64,000 nt of DNA from an uncultured Alphaproteobacteria bacterium. GTDB taxonomy: Bacteria; Pseudomonadota; Alphaproteobacteria; Rhizobiales; Rhizobiaceae. The DNA lies in the NCBI GenBank assembly GCA_963735385.1, contig CAVTKY010000023.1:51109-115108 (forward strand), given 5' to 3'. Positions 37,846-48,330 of this stretch are shown piece by piece; the stretch's first letter is position 1, and each line of letters begins with the position of its first letter. A model generated the notes under the pieces. The model was given only the letters and a program-made list of their open reading frames with translations. It searched no databases and was not told where the DNA came from. Position numbers and translations under genes: made by a program.

Positions 37846-38912
37846 TCAGCCCTTCTTTTTCTTCTTAGGCTTGCCGCCTTTGCCTTCGCGGCGCCTTGGA
37901 TGCCTTCGACTTGGCGGCCAGCTTCGACAAGCTGCCTGGTGTAGCTGTTGTGCAGTGCGCCGGCGCCCCAGCCCTTGCCCTTGTTCTGGCGCGACAGGGC
38001 GTCCATGATGGCGACAAGATTATCGTCACGGATCCGTTCCAATTCGCGAATGGAAAGGCCTTTTGCCTGTTCGTCGGACTGCGTGGCGATCAGGTCGACC
38101 AGCTCGTCGTTGAACTCCGGCACATCCATCAGCTTGGTCCACGGCCATTTCAGGCAGGGTCCGAACTGCGCCATGAAGTGGCGCATGCCCGCCTCGCCGC
38201 CGGCAACGCGATAGACCTGGAACATACCCATCTGCGCCCAGCGCAGGCCGAACGAATAACGCATGATGTCGTCGAGTTCTTCGACAGTGCAGATGCCGTC
38301 CTTGATCAGCCACAGCGCCTCGCGCCACGCCGCTTCGAGCAGGCGGTCGCCGACGAAGGCCTCGATCTCCTTGCGGATGACGACGGGCTTCATGCCGATC
38401 GATGCATAGACTTCGCGCGCCTTCTCGATCGCCTTCTTCGATGTCTTCTCGCCGCCGACGATCTCGACCAGCGGCAGCAGGTAGACGGGGTTGAACGGAT
38501 GGCCGACGACAAGGCGCTCCGGACGCGCCATCGAGGTCTGCATGTCCGACGGCTTTATGCCGGACGTCGAGGAACCGATCAGCGCGTCCTTCGGTGCGTG
38601 GGCATCGATCTCGGCCAGCACCTTGTGCTTCAGCTCAAGGCGTTCCGGCACGCTTTCCTGGATGAAGTCGGCGTCCTTGACCGCTTCCGCGATCGTTTTG
38701 GCGTAGGTTATTTTACCTTCCGTCGGCAGGCCGCCCGGCACCATCTGCTTGTAGGCGCGGCGCGCATCTTTCATCACCTCGTCGACCTTGCGGGACGCCT
38801 CCGGGTCCGGATCGAAGATCGAAACGTCGATGCCGTTGAGCAAAAGGCGCGCGACCCAGCCGGCGCCGATGACCCCGCCGCCGATGGCGGCTGCTTTGCT
38901 GATCGTCCCCAT
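37846..38912 (-). CDS. L-carnitine dehydrogenase-like 3-hydroxyacyl-CoA dehydrogenase family protein; 3' end uncertain
   Basis: N-terminal Rossmann motif AAIGGGVIGAGWVARLLLNGIDV, plus 3HCDH N- and C-domains and MRHFMAQFGP. In the observed frame there is no stop until 36741. The two other frames stop at 37865-37867 (TAA) and 37846-37848 (TGA) after a Lys-rich tail. Confidence 0.7.
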
Positions 38913-38915
38913 GTC

Positions 38916-39821
38916 CTACCAGCGCTTCTGGAGCTTGAGTTTCGTACGGACCTCGGCCGGGCTCATGATCCTCGAACCCATGCCTTCGGCGATCTTGACG
39001 GCGCGCTCGACCAGTGCGCCGTTCGTGGCGAACACGCCCTTGTCGAGCCAGAGATTGTCTTCGAGGCCAACACGCATATTGCCGCCAGCCGCCAGCGCCA
39101 CCGCGGTGTAGGGCAGCTGGTTGCGGCCGATCGAGAAGGCAGAGAAGACCCAATCAGAGGGCAGGTTTGCAGTCAAAGCAGTGAGCGTCGCGATGTCGTC
39201 CGGCGCGCCCCACGGAATGCCCATACAAAGCTGCACCATGACGGGGTCGTCGAGCAGCCCCTGCCCATGAAGCCATTTGGCAAGCAGCAGATGACCGGTA
39301 TCGAAAATCTCAACTTCGGGGCGCACTCCGAGCTTCTGGATCTGCGCCGCCATTTCCTTCAGCATGCCCGGCGTGTTGGTCATGATGTAGTCCTGCTCGC
39401 CGAAGTTCATCGTGCCGCAGTCGAGCGTGCAGATTTCGGGCAGCAGCTTTGCAACATGCGCCAGCCGCTCGGTGGCGCCGACCATATCGGTGCCGATCTC
39501 GGCCGGCGGCAGCGGCCTCTCGGCGCTGCCCAGCGTCAGGTCGCCGCCCATGCCGGCAGTGAAATTGATGATCACATCGACGCCCGACTTCTTGATGAGG
39601 TTCATGACCTCTTCATAGAGCGCCACGTCGCGCGCGCCCTTGCCGGTTTCGGGATTGCGTACATGGATATGGGCGATTGCAGCGCCGGCATTGGCTGCCT
39701 CGATCGAGGCTTCGGCGATCTGGCGCGGCGTGACCGGCACCTTGTCGGAGCGGCCGGCCGTGTCGCCGGAGCCGGTGACGGCGCATGTGATGAAAACGTC
39801 GCGACTGGGCTTGAGACCCAT
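38916..39821 (-). CDS. BKACE family enzyme (3-keto-5-aminohexanoate cleavage-like; dehydrocarnitine cleavage candidate)
   Basis: 301 aa with VFITCAVTGSGDT and AIAHIHVRNPETGK (DUF849/BKACE signatures). It ends 3 nt upstream of the dehydrogenase start. Confidence 0.85.
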   Translation of the reverse strand: MGLKPSRDVFITCAVTGSGDTAGRSDKVPVTPRQIAEASIEAANAGAAIAHIHVRNPETGKGARDVALYEEVMNLIKKSGVDVIINFTAGMGGDLTLGSAERPLPPAEIGTDMVGATERLAHVAKLLPEICTLDCGTMNFGEQDYIMTNTPGMLKEMAAQIQKLGVRPEVEIFDTGHLLLAKWLHGQGLLDDPVMVQLCMGIPWGAPDDIATLTALTANLPSDWVFSAFSIGRNQLPYTAVALAAGGNMRVGLEDNLWLDKGVFATNGALVERAVKIAEGMGSRIMSPAEVRTKLKLQKRW

Positions 39822-39901
39822 GGTGAGAACCTCCCGGAATCTGATCGGCGGATCATGACGCGCTTGCAGGATTCTGCTTTGCGATTTACGAAGTCGAATT
39901 G

Positions 39902-40879
39902 ATGCAAAGCGAAAAGCCCACGATCTTTCAGGCCGAACGGTCGTCGCTCAAAGTGACGCTGCTTGTATTTTCGGGATCGTCGATCATGTGCGTGGCATCG
40001 ACGGTCGATCCACTGCGCGCTGCAAACCGCGTGTCGGGCGAAGTTGTGTTCGACTGGAAGATCGTTTCCGTCGGTGGCGAGCAGCCGGTCACGACGAGTG
40101 GCCTTCCGGTGGCTGTCAGCGGACGCTTCGAACCGGCTGAGAGCACGGACGTACTCATCCTCGTCGGCGGCTTCGGCACCCGCGACCAGGTCTCGCGCGA
40201 ATTGCTGGCCGGCGTACGGCGCGTTGCCAAGGCCGCGCGGGCCTGCGGCGGCGTCGAGGCCGGGACGTGGCTGCTGGGCCGGGCGGGTCTGCTCGAAGGC
40301 CGGAAGGCGACGACGCATTGGGAGGACATGGAGGACTTCGCGGCCGCCTTTCCGGGAGCGGATGTGCGGCCGGACCGATATGTCATCGACGGACCGGTCT
40401 TCACATCGGGCGGGGCATCGCCGACCTTCGACCTCATGCTGCACCTCATCCGCACGCGGCTTGGCATGGCGGTTGCGCTCGATGTGGCCAGCGTCTTCAT
40501 CTACGACCAGGCAAAGGCCGCGACGGACGCGCAGCCCCTGGTCTCGCTCGGACGGCTCGACGGTTACGATCCACGGCTGGCGCAGGCGATCCGCCTTATG
40601 GAAGCGCATATCGACGAACCGCTCACCATCGCTGCGATCGCACGACGGACCGGAATCACAGCCCGCGCGCTGGAGATGATCTTCCGCAAGTCGATCGGCG
40701 AGACGCCAGGCGCCTACTATCTGCGCCTGCGCCTCAACGCCGCCAGACGCCTCGTTCTCGACACGCGCGAAGCGATGGCGGACATCGCAGCCCGTACAGG
40801 GTTTTCGTCGGCGGCGGCCTTCTCGCGCGCCTTCTCGAACGCCTTCGGCACAGCTCCGGTGCGGATGAGGAGGGGGTAG
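39902..40879 (+). CDS. GlxA-family regulator (DJ-1/PfpI-like domain + AraC HTH), CdhR-like, divergent from the BKACE operon
   Basis: The N-terminal GATase1-like domain is followed by AraC HTHs (IAAIARRTGITARALEMIFRK, IAARTGFSSAAAFSRAF). Confidence 0.85.
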   Translation: MQSEKPTIFQAERSSLKVTLLVFSGSSIMCVASTVDPLRAANRVSGEVVFDWKIVSVGGEQPVTTSGLPVAVSGRFEPAESTDVLILVGGFGTRDQVSRELLAGVRRVAKAARACGGVEAGTWLLGRAGLLEGRKATTHWEDMEDFAAAFPGADVRPDRYVIDGPVFTSGGASPTFDLMLHLIRTRLGMAVALDVASVFIYDQAKAATDAQPLVSLGRLDGYDPRLAQAIRLMEAHIDEPLTIAAIARRTGITARALEMIFRKSIGETPGAYYLRLRLNAARRLVLDTREAMADIAARTGFSSAAAFSRAFSNAFGTAPVRMRRG

Positions 40880-40912
40880 AACCGGGCATAATATCGATGG
40901 CGCTTACCCTTG

Positions 40913-41683
40913 CTATGCCTTCCGCGCGACGATCCAGTCGACCGCGGCAACGATGTCGTCGACGACGGCGGTCGGATGCGGCTCGAAGCGCGTTTCGTCG
41001 CCCGGCCGGTATTTCCCGGTGCGGACCAGCAAGGCAAAGGCAACGCCAGCCCGAAGTGCGCCCGCCACATCGCTCTCCGCATCATCGCCGACCATCACCG
41101 CCCGATCGGGCGGGCAATCCATACCAGCGAGCGCGGCCAGGAAGAAATCCGCCGAAGGCTTGCCGAGCACAAGGGCAGGCCGCAGGCTCGCGAACTCCAG
41201 AGCCGCGACGAACGGTCCGGCATCGAGGCTGAGCTTTCCGTCGGAATCCTTGAAGGCCCGGTTGCTTGCCAGTGCGAGGAAGTCCGCTCCCTCGACCAGC
41301 CTGCGGAATGCTCGATTTAGCGCCGCATAGTCGAGCGCATCGCCCGCGTCGCCGATCACCACGGCAGTCTGACCGTCTCTCGGCAGACCGTCGAACTCGC
41401 TCGCGAGATCCGGATGGACCAGAAGATGCGGCTGGCGGGCATGCCGGAGAAGCCATTCGCGTGCCGCGCGTGCAGGTGTGAAGAGCTCGGCCTCTGTAAC
41501 GGCGAGGCCAAATCCGGCGAGCCGCTCGATGATCCTGCGATTTGTCGACCGTGTCGTGTTGCTGACGAAGCGGAGCGGCAGGCCGCTGGCCCGCAACCGT
41601 TCCAAAAATTCGACGGCGCCCGGGATCGCCGTGTCACCGTCGTAGATGACGCCCGCAAGGTCCAGAAGCACACCACTGATCAT
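40913..41683 (-). CDS. HAD-superfamily hydrolase, subfamily IIA
   Basis: LLDLAGVIY (DxxG-type motif I variant), FVSNTTR and MVGDDAESDVAGA. Confidence 0.8.
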   Translation of the reverse strand: MISGVLLDLAGVIYDGDTAIPGAVEFLERLRASGLPLRFVSNTTRSTNRRIIERLAGFGLAVTEAELFTPARAAREWLLRHARQPHLLVHPDLASEFDGLPRDGQTAVVIGDAGDALDYAALNRAFRRLVEGADFLALASNRAFKDSDGKLSLDAGPFVAALEFASLRPALVLGKPSADFFLAALAGMDCPPDRAVMVGDDAESDVAGALRAGVAFALLVRTGKYRPGDETRFEPHPTAVVDDIVAAVDWIVARKA

Positions 41684-41734
41684 CCATCAAAGATGGTCAG
41701 GCAGGAGCAGAAGGTCAAACGCTGACGTACTGCC

Positions 41735-41968
41735 TCAGACGGGGTGCCCGTCGCTGTCGTCACCAATCAGAGACCGCATGCGGTCGGCGACTTCCGCCTG
41801 ATGCCGGTTGACAATGGCTCGATCGACGGCGTCGTAACCTTCCGCCTCCTCGGGCAGTGAAAGCAGAAGATCAACGATCAATTCGGCTCCGGAACGAACC
41901 CGCGAAGACTCATTTCTGGCTCTGAAGGCGGAGTGTTTCGCTGCAACTTTGCCCTCGTCCGTATGCAT
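41735..41968 (-). CDS. Small hypothetical protein (77 aa)
   Basis: Starts MHTDEGKVAAKHSAF, with a GGGAAGAGGA RBS about 8 nt upstream. I recognise no family. Confidence 0.45.
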   Translation of the reverse strand: MHTDEGKVAAKHSAFRARNESSRVRSGAELIVDLLLSLPEEAEGYDAVDRAIVNRHQAEVADRMRSLIGDDSDGHPV

Positions 41969-42150
41969 GCGTTTCGTCCTCTTCCCTGTACGCAGAAGCT
42001 GATCGGCGCAGGCGGCGCATTGAAGGCGGGATCGCGGCAATTAGGCGGCGGGCAGATGAAACTTTCTTACAGCTTTTATTACAGATTACAGCAGAATGCG
42101 AAATTGCGCTTGGTTGGCGGAACGGCCTGGTGCGGCATGGCGGCGGCTAA

Positions 42151-42349
42151 CCCTTCTTCCCCCTGTGGGAGAAGGTGGATCGGCGCGCAGCGCCGAGACG
42201 GATGAGGGGTGTCGGGCGGACTGCAGCGCAATCGAAATGGCAGTAACATCAATGCTTGGCACCCAATTCTGAAGCGCCTCGTTTCTTCCAGCACCCCTCA
42301 TCCGACCTCGCCTTCGGCTCGGCCACCTTCTCCCACAAGGGGAGAAGGG
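42151..42349. repeat. Composite inverted GC-rich repeat (CCTTCTTCCCCCTGTGGGAGAAGG...GATGAGGGGTG // CACCCCTCATCC...CCTTCTCCCACAAGGGGAGAAGG)
   Basis: The two arms are inverted copies separated by an ~80-nt spacer. Same family as the element inside xdhC. Confidence 0.8.
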
Positions 42350-42411
42350 AAGAACCCACCATTTGCCGCCCATAGCGCAAGTTGGATTTCAAAGACTACT
42401 CTACACATACT

Positions 42412-43723
42412 CTACACGTACCAATTCACCACGTTCTCCAGATGCTCCTGGCGACCGGATCGCGGCAGCGGTTCGATTTTCTTGTCCACAACGCGCTCTG
42501 CGATCTCTTCGAGCGTGCGCTTTCCGGAAAGCATTGCCTTGGCCTCGGCTGAATTCCAGCCGGCGTAGCGCTCTTCCAACGGGCCGGACAGCGCCTTGTC
42601 CTCGATCATCTTCGCCGCAGCCTTGAGCCCGCGCGCGCAGCAATCCATGCCCCCGATATGGGCCGTCAGGAGATCTTCCGGGTCGAGCGACTGACGACGC
42701 AGTTTGGCATCGAAGTTCGTGCCTCCGGTCTTGAAGCCGCCGCCCTGCAGCACCTGATAGTAGGCGAGCGCCATTTCCGGCACATTGTTGGGGAACTGGT
42801 CGGTGTCCCAACCAGATTGATAATCGTTGCGGTTCATGTCGATCGAGCCAAAGATGCCGAGCGCATTTGCCAGCGCCAACTCGTGCTCGAAGGAGTGGCC
42901 TGCAAGGATCGCGTGGCCCTGCTCGATATTGACCTTCACTTCGTTCTCAAGGCCGAAATCGGCGCAGGAAGCCGTAGACGGTGGCGACATCGTAGTCATA
43001 TTGGTGCTTGGTCGGCTCCTGCGGCTTTGGCTCGATCAGGATCGTGCCCTTGAAGCCGATCCGGTGCTTGTAATCCACGACGAGGGTGAGAAAGCGGCCG
43101 AGTTGGTCGAGTTCGCGCCCCAAATCGGTGTTGAGCAATGTCTCGTAGCCTTCGCGCCCGCCCCAAAGAACGTAGTTCTCTCCCTCGAGCCGCTGCGTGA
43201 CGTCGATGCACTTCTTAACGGTTGCCGCCGCATAGGCGAAGACATCCGGATCGGGGTTTGTGGCCGCCCCCGCCATGAAACGGCGATGGGAGAAGAGGTT
43301 GGCCGTACCCCATAGCAACTTGACGCCGGTCTTGCTCATTTTGCCGGCAAAATAGTCTGCGATCTCATCCAGCCGGGCGGCACTTTCGGCAAAGGTCGAG
43401 GCTTCCGGCCGGACATCGGCGTCGTGGAAACAGAAGTAGGGGACGCCCAGCAAGGAGAACATCTCAAAGGCGACGTCGGCCTTGAGCTTCGCTTTCTCCA
43501 TCGTGTCGCCGAACCAGGGACGCTCGAAGGTCTGGCCGCCGAAGGGATCTCCGCCTGGCCACGCGAAGCTGTGCCAATAGGCGATGGCAAAGCGCAAATG
43601 GTCTTCGAGACGCTTGCCGAGAACGATCTCGTCCGGATTGTAATGCCGGTAGGCGAGCGGATTGGTGCTGTCCGGTCCTTCATATTTGACTTTGGCGATG
43701 TCGCCAAAAAATCCGCTGCTCAT
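42412..43723 (-). pseudogene. xylA: Xylose isomerase, reading frame broken near 42955
   Basis: [17 protein letters not shown]...[15 protein letters not shown], then a frame change to [27 protein letters not shown]...NWYV. The shift maps to CGATTTCGGCC, one T too many if the native sequence is CGA-TTC-GGC. Confidence 0.85.
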
Positions 43724-45174
43724 GATGAAACTCCTCTGATCGCTGGATAAAGCGCCCGATAGCGCTCATAGGCTTCGTCAAAAGCGCCGGCCAAAGCATG
43801 ATCGGGCTCGACTGTTTCCGCCGTTTCGGGCGGCGTGCAGACAGCAAAGGGATCAGCCTTCTCCGCTGCGATCATGCCTAGCCTGGCAGCGCCGAAGGCC
43901 GCCCCGAAATCGCCGTCAGCCGGCAAGTCGACCGGAATCCGAAGCGCTGTCGCAATCGCCTTCAGCCAGTAGCGTGAGCGCGAGCCCCCGCCGATCGCGG
44001 TGACACGCGCGAGGTCCGTGCCCGCCGCATGCAACGCGTTGAGGCTGTCCCGGAAAGCGAAAGCGACGCCTTCCAGAACCGCCTGGGTGAGAACAGGGCG
44101 GCTCAATTCATGGGCAAGCCCCGTGAAGGAACCGCGAATGACGGCGTCATTGTGTGGTGTCCGCTCGCCGGAGAGGTAGGGCAGGAATGTCACGCCTGTC
44201 GGCGCTTTGAGATCGTCGCCCAACTCGTTAGTGAGTTCCGCCGCGTCTCGGCCGGTGACGTCCGAGAGCCAGTTGAGCAAATCAGTCGCGGACAGAATGA
44301 CGCCCATCTGATGCCAGGCGCCCGGCAGGGCGTGACAAAACGTGTGCACGGCGCTTTCGGGATTGGGCAGATATGAGCCATTCGCGGCAAACAGGACGCC
44401 CGAAGTGCCGAGCGAGACAAAGGCTGTGCCCGGCCTGACCGTTCCCATGCCGCAGGCGGAAGCGGCATTGTCGCCCGCCCCTCCGGCAACCACGACGTTG
44501 CGCTGCATGCCCCATCGGTCGCCAAGCTCGGCGCGAAGCGTGCCGCCCGGCTCCGTGCCTTCCACCAGCGCCGGCATGTGGCCTTCATCCAAACCGGTAG
44601 CGCCAAGCAGTTCGGGCGACCAGCGGCGCTTGGCGACATCGAGCCAAGCCGTGCCGGCGGAGTCCGACATTTCCGAAATATGTTCTCCGGTCAGCCAGAG
44701 CCGAAGAAAATCCTTGGGCAGGAGGACACGGCGCACGCGCGCAAACACCTCCGGCTCCTCATTTTTGACCCAGAGCAGTTTCGGCGCAGTGAAGCCGGGG
44801 AAGACGATGTTGCCGGTGATGCTGCGGAAACGCAGATCCGCATCAAGCTCCGAGGCCTCCACGAAACTGCGGGTGTCGTTCCACAGAATGCAAGGACGCA
44901 GCACTCGGTCGCTTCCATCGAGAAGCGTCGCGCCGTGCATCTGGCCAGAAAGCCCGATGCCTCTGACGGCTGCGAGTTCACGCGGATGCGATGCCTTCAG
45001 CGACGCAATGGCTTCTTCTGCTGCACGCACCCAATCGGCCGGCTCCTGTTCGGACCAGCCCGGATGAGGACGCGAAACATCGAGATCCGCGGTCGCAGAA
45101 GCGACGATCCGTTGTGCGCCGTCGATCAGCAGCGCCTTTACGCCAGACGTGCCGAGATCCAGCCCTAGATACAT
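43720..45174 (-). CDS. xylB: Xylulokinase
   Basis: Start trimmed to [16 protein letters not shown], with a GGGAGGTG RBS. FGGY kinase motifs are present. Its stop overlaps the xylA start (ATGA). Confidence 0.9.
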   Translation of the reverse strand: MYLGLDLGTSGVKALLIDGAQRIVASATADLDVSRPHPGWSEQEPADWVRAAEEAIASLKASHPRELAAVRGIGLSGQMHGATLLDGSDRVLRPCILWNDTRSFVEASELDADLRFRSITGNIVFPGFTAPKLLWVKNEEPEVFARVRRVLLPKDFLRLWLTGEHISEMSDSAGTAWLDVAKRRWSPELLGATGLDEGHMPALVEGTEPGGTLRAELGDRWGMQRNVVVAGGAGDNAASACGMGTVRPGTAFVSLGTSGVLFAANGSYLPNPESAVHTFCHALPGAWHQMGVILSATDLLNWLSDVTGRDAAELTNELGDDLKAPTGVTFLPYLSGERTPHNDAVIRGSFTGLAHELSRPVLTQAVLEGVAFAFRDSLNALHAAGTDLARVTAIGGGSRSRYWLKAIATALRIPVDLPADGDFGAAFGAARLGMIAAEKADPFAVCTPPETAETVEPDHALAGAFDEAYERYRALYPAIRGVSS

Positions 45175-45541
45175 TTGCACACCTCCCAGCCACATTGCGG
45201 CCCAATGCAACTGCCCGCGTCAAACTTTCGCCGCGCCAGAGGCGGCCCGGCTGCCCTCCCTATCCAAAGCTTCACAGCAAATTCCGGCTCATGCAAGCGG
45301 TCAGGTTAAAATCCGCATGATTTTTTTCGCAGCTCGCAATAAATACCCTTCACCAGGCTTCGGGCGTCACCGCGCCAGCTTTTCAAACCTGCGCGGACCG
45401 AAGGCGCGCAACAGGATTTCATCGAGCCGTCAATTTTTGGAATGGGATTGTCCCCGACGGGAACAATACGCACCGCTGCCGCATTATCATTCTCTACAAA
45501 TTCACTAGAGTTGCCGTCACCGATCAACCGGAGGCAGTCTC

Positions 45542-46570
45542 ATGACGCACGTGCTTTCCCGAAAGGTCTTTGCTGGGCTTCTCGCCGGCGCAATACAGCT
45601 CGGCGCTTTGGGCGTCGCATTCGCGGATACGACGATCCTTAATGTCTCCTATGACCCGACCCGCGAGCTCTACAAGGACGTCAACACGGCATTCGCGGCA
45701 AAATGGAAGGCCGATACCGGCGAGACGCTGACAATCCAGACCTCGCATGGTGGTTCGGGCAAGCAAGCCAGGGCGGTGATCGACGGGCTGGACGCCGATG
45801 TCGTGACGCTGGCACTGGAAAGCGACATCAACGCAATTGTGAAAAACTCGAAGAAGATCAATCCAGACTGGCGCAAGCGGCTGGAAAACAATTCCTCGCC
45901 CTACACATCGACGATCGTCTTCCTGGTCCGGAAGGGCAATCCGAAAGGGATCAAGGACTGGGGTGATCTTACCCAGGAAGGCCTGCAGGTGATTACGCCC
46001 AACCCGAAGACCTCGGGCGGTGCGCGCTGGAACTACCTTGCCGCCTGGGCTTGGGCGAACGGCCAGTTCGCTGGGGATCAGGCGAAAATCAAGAACTACG
46101 TTGCCGACCTCTACAGCCACGTTCCGGTGCTCGACACGGGCGCACGCGGCTCGACGGTGACATTCGCCGAGCGCGGCCTAGGCGACGTGCTGCTTGCTTG
46201 GGAGAACGAGGCCTATCTGGCTCTCGACGAGTTCGGCGCCGATCAGTTTGACATCGTTGTCCCGCCGCAATCGATCCTGGCGGAGCCGCCGGTGGCGGTG
46301 GTGGACGCGAATGTCGACGCCAAAGGCACAAGGAAGGTGGCCGAAGCCTATCTGAATTTCCTGTATTCGGACGAAGGTCAGCGGCTGGCCGCGAAGCACC
46401 ACTACCGACCTTCCAAGCCCGAGCTTGTTCCGGCCGGCGAATTGCAGAAGCTTCCAGAACTGAAGCTGGTGTCCATCGACGATCCGATTTTTGGCGGCTG
46501 GGCCAAGGCACAGCCTTATCATTTCGACGATGGTGGTATATTCGACCAGATCTACAAGCCAGCGCAGTAA
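45542..46570 (+). CDS. sbp: Sulfate/thiosulfate ABC transporter substrate-binding protein
   Basis: Signal peptide, then ILNVSYDPTRELY, SHGGSGKQARAVIDGL and ITPNPKTSGGARWN. Confidence 0.9.
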   Translation: MTHVLSRKVFAGLLAGAIQLGALGVAFADTTILNVSYDPTRELYKDVNTAFAAKWKADTGETLTIQTSHGGSGKQARAVIDGLDADVVTLALESDINAIVKNSKKINPDWRKRLENNSSPYTSTIVFLVRKGNPKGIKDWGDLTQEGLQVITPNPKTSGGARWNYLAAWAWANGQFAGDQAKIKNYVADLYSHVPVLDTGARGSTVTFAERGLGDVLLAWENEAYLALDEFGADQFDIVVPPQSILAEPPVAVVDANVDAKGTRKVAEAYLNFLYSDEGQRLAAKHHYRPSKPELVPAGELQKLPELKLVSIDDPIFGGWAKAQPYHFDDGGIFDQIYKPAQ

Positions 46571-46587
46571 GGGACTTCAAAGGATTC

Positions 46588-47439
46588 ATGACAACAGCAC
46601 CCGCTACGGCGGGGTGGCGGTTCAGACAGCCGAGCGTCATTCCGGGTTTCGGATTGACGCTCGGCTTCTCGCTTGCCTACCTGACGCTAATCATCCTCAT
46701 CCCCCTTACGGGCCTGGTCTGGCGTACCGCCTCGTTGGGTTGGGCAGATTTCTTCGCCATCGCCACGGATCGCCGGACATTACAAGCGCTGAAGATCAGT
46801 TTCGGGACGGCGCTGATCGCCGCGGCCATCAACGTCGTCTTCGGCACGATCGTGGCCTGGGTGCTGGTCCGCTACAAGTTTCCAGGCCGGCGGGTCGTCG
46901 ACGCGATGGTCGACCTGCCGTTTGCGTTGCCGACCGCCGTGGCAGGCATCGCACTCACCACACTCTATGCGCCGCGCGGCTGGATCGGCTCGCTGCTCGC
47001 CCCGCTGGGCATCAAGGTAGCCTACACTCCTCTCGGCATTATCATTGCGCTGGTCTTTATCGGGCTGCCCTTCGTGGTGCGAACGGTGCAGCCGATCATG
47101 GAGGAAATCGACAAGGGCGTGGAGGAAGTGGCCGCGACCTTGGGCGCTACCCGGTTCCAGACTGTCTGGCGCGTCCTTTTTCCCGGGCTGGCGCCGGCGA
47201 TCCTGACCGGCTTCGCTCTTGCCTTCGCACGAGGCGTCGGTGAATACGGGTCGGTGATCTTCATCGCCGGCAACCTGCCCTATGTGTCGGAAATCGCACC
47301 GTTGCTCATCGTGATCCGACTTGAGGAATACGACTACGCCGCAGCGACCGCGATCGCCACGATCATGCTCGCGCTGTCCTTCGGCATGCTGCTCTTCATC
47401 AACCTCGTCCAGGCATGGAGCCGCAAACGCTATGGCTGA
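46588..47439 (+). CDS. cysT: Sulfate ABC transporter permease CysT
   Basis: 283 aa, six TM segments, with [22 protein letters not shown]. Confidence 0.9.
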   Translation: MTTAPATAGWRFRQPSVIPGFGLTLGFSLAYLTLIILIPLTGLVWRTASLGWADFFAIATDRRTLQALKISFGTALIAAAINVVFGTIVAWVLVRYKFPGRRVVDAMVDLPFALPTAVAGIALTTLYAPRGWIGSLLAPLGIKVAYTPLGIIIALVFIGLPFVVRTVQPIMEEIDKGVEEVAATLGATRFQTVWRVLFPGLAPAILTGFALAFARGVGEYGSVIFIAGNLPYVSEIAPLLIVIRLEEYDYAAATAIATIMLALSFGMLLFINLVQAWSRKRYG

Positions 47440-48313
47440 TGCACCCGCAGCGTCCCCCCACCGCATGCCGCGTTTCCGGTCGGCGGTGACCGAGACCAGA
47501 GCGACGCGTTTTGCTCTGATGGCGGTGGCCTTCCTTTTCCTCGGCATCTTCCTGCTATTGCCTCTGATCATCGTCTTCATCGAAGCCTTCCAGAAGGGTT
47601 TTGGGACGTTCTCGGAACAGCTTTCCGATCCCGACACCTTGGCCGCGATCAGGCTGACGCTGATGGTCGCTGCAATCGCGGTGCCGCTCAATCTCGTCTT
47701 CGGCATCGCCGCAGCCTGGGCGATCGCCAAGTTCGACTTCAGGGGCAAGGCTTTCCTGATCACGCTGATCGACCTGCCCTTCTCGGTGTCCCCGGTGATA
47801 TCGGGGCTGGTCTACGTGCTGCTTTTCGGAGCAAGCAGCGTGCTTGGGCCCTGGCTGAAGGCGCATGGCGTGGAAATTCTGTTCGCCGTGCCAGGCATCG
47901 TGCTGGCGACCGTGTTCGTCACGTTTCCGTTCGTCGCGCGCGAACTCATCCCGCTGATGCAGGAACAGGGAACCGGCGACGAGGAGGCGGCGATTTCGCT
48001 CGGCGCCAATGGGTGGCAGACCTTCTGGCACGTCACGCTCCCCAATATAAAATGGGGCCTGCTCTATGGCGTACTGCTCTGCAATGCGCGCGCCATGGGT
48101 GAGTTCGGCGGCGTGTCGGTCGTATCGGGCCACATTCGCGGCCTGACCAACACTATGCCGTTGCACGTCGAAATCCTTTACAACGAATACAATGCCGTCG
48201 GCGCTTTCGCTGTCGCCTCGTTGCTGGCGGGCCTCGCGCTGGTAACTCTGGTATTGAAAACGCTATTGGAAATCCGCTATGGCGCCGAGATCGCTGCAAC
48301 GCGCGGACATTGA
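47432..48313 (+). CDS. cysW: Sulfate ABC transporter permease CysW
   Basis: Start trimmed to MADAPAASP, overlapping the cysT stop. Contains [22 protein letters not shown]. Confidence 0.85.
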   Translation: MADAPAASPHRMPRFRSAVTETRATRFALMAVAFLFLGIFLLLPLIIVFIEAFQKGFGTFSEQLSDPDTLAAIRLTLMVAAIAVPLNLVFGIAAAWAIAKFDFRGKAFLITLIDLPFSVSPVISGLVYVLLFGASSVLGPWLKAHGVEILFAVPGIVLATVFVTFPFVARELIPLMQEQGTGDEEAAISLGANGWQTFWHVTLPNIKWGLLYGVLLCNARAMGEFGGVSVVSGHIRGLTNTMPLHVEILYNEYNAVGAFAVASLLAGLALVTLVLKTLLEIRYGAEIAATRGH

Positions 48314-48330
48314 TTTCAAAGGATCAATAC

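Noticed and set aside
37896-39902. 668-aa plus-strand ORF
   Set aside because: It is antisense to the carnitine dehydrogenase-like and BKACE genes. It has no motifs and a shadow-ORF composition.
42255-42272. TGGCAC-N5-TCTG as a sigma-54 promoter
   Set aside because: The -12 element does not match TTGC. The site lies in the spacer of a composite repeat, and no plus-strand gene lies downstream.
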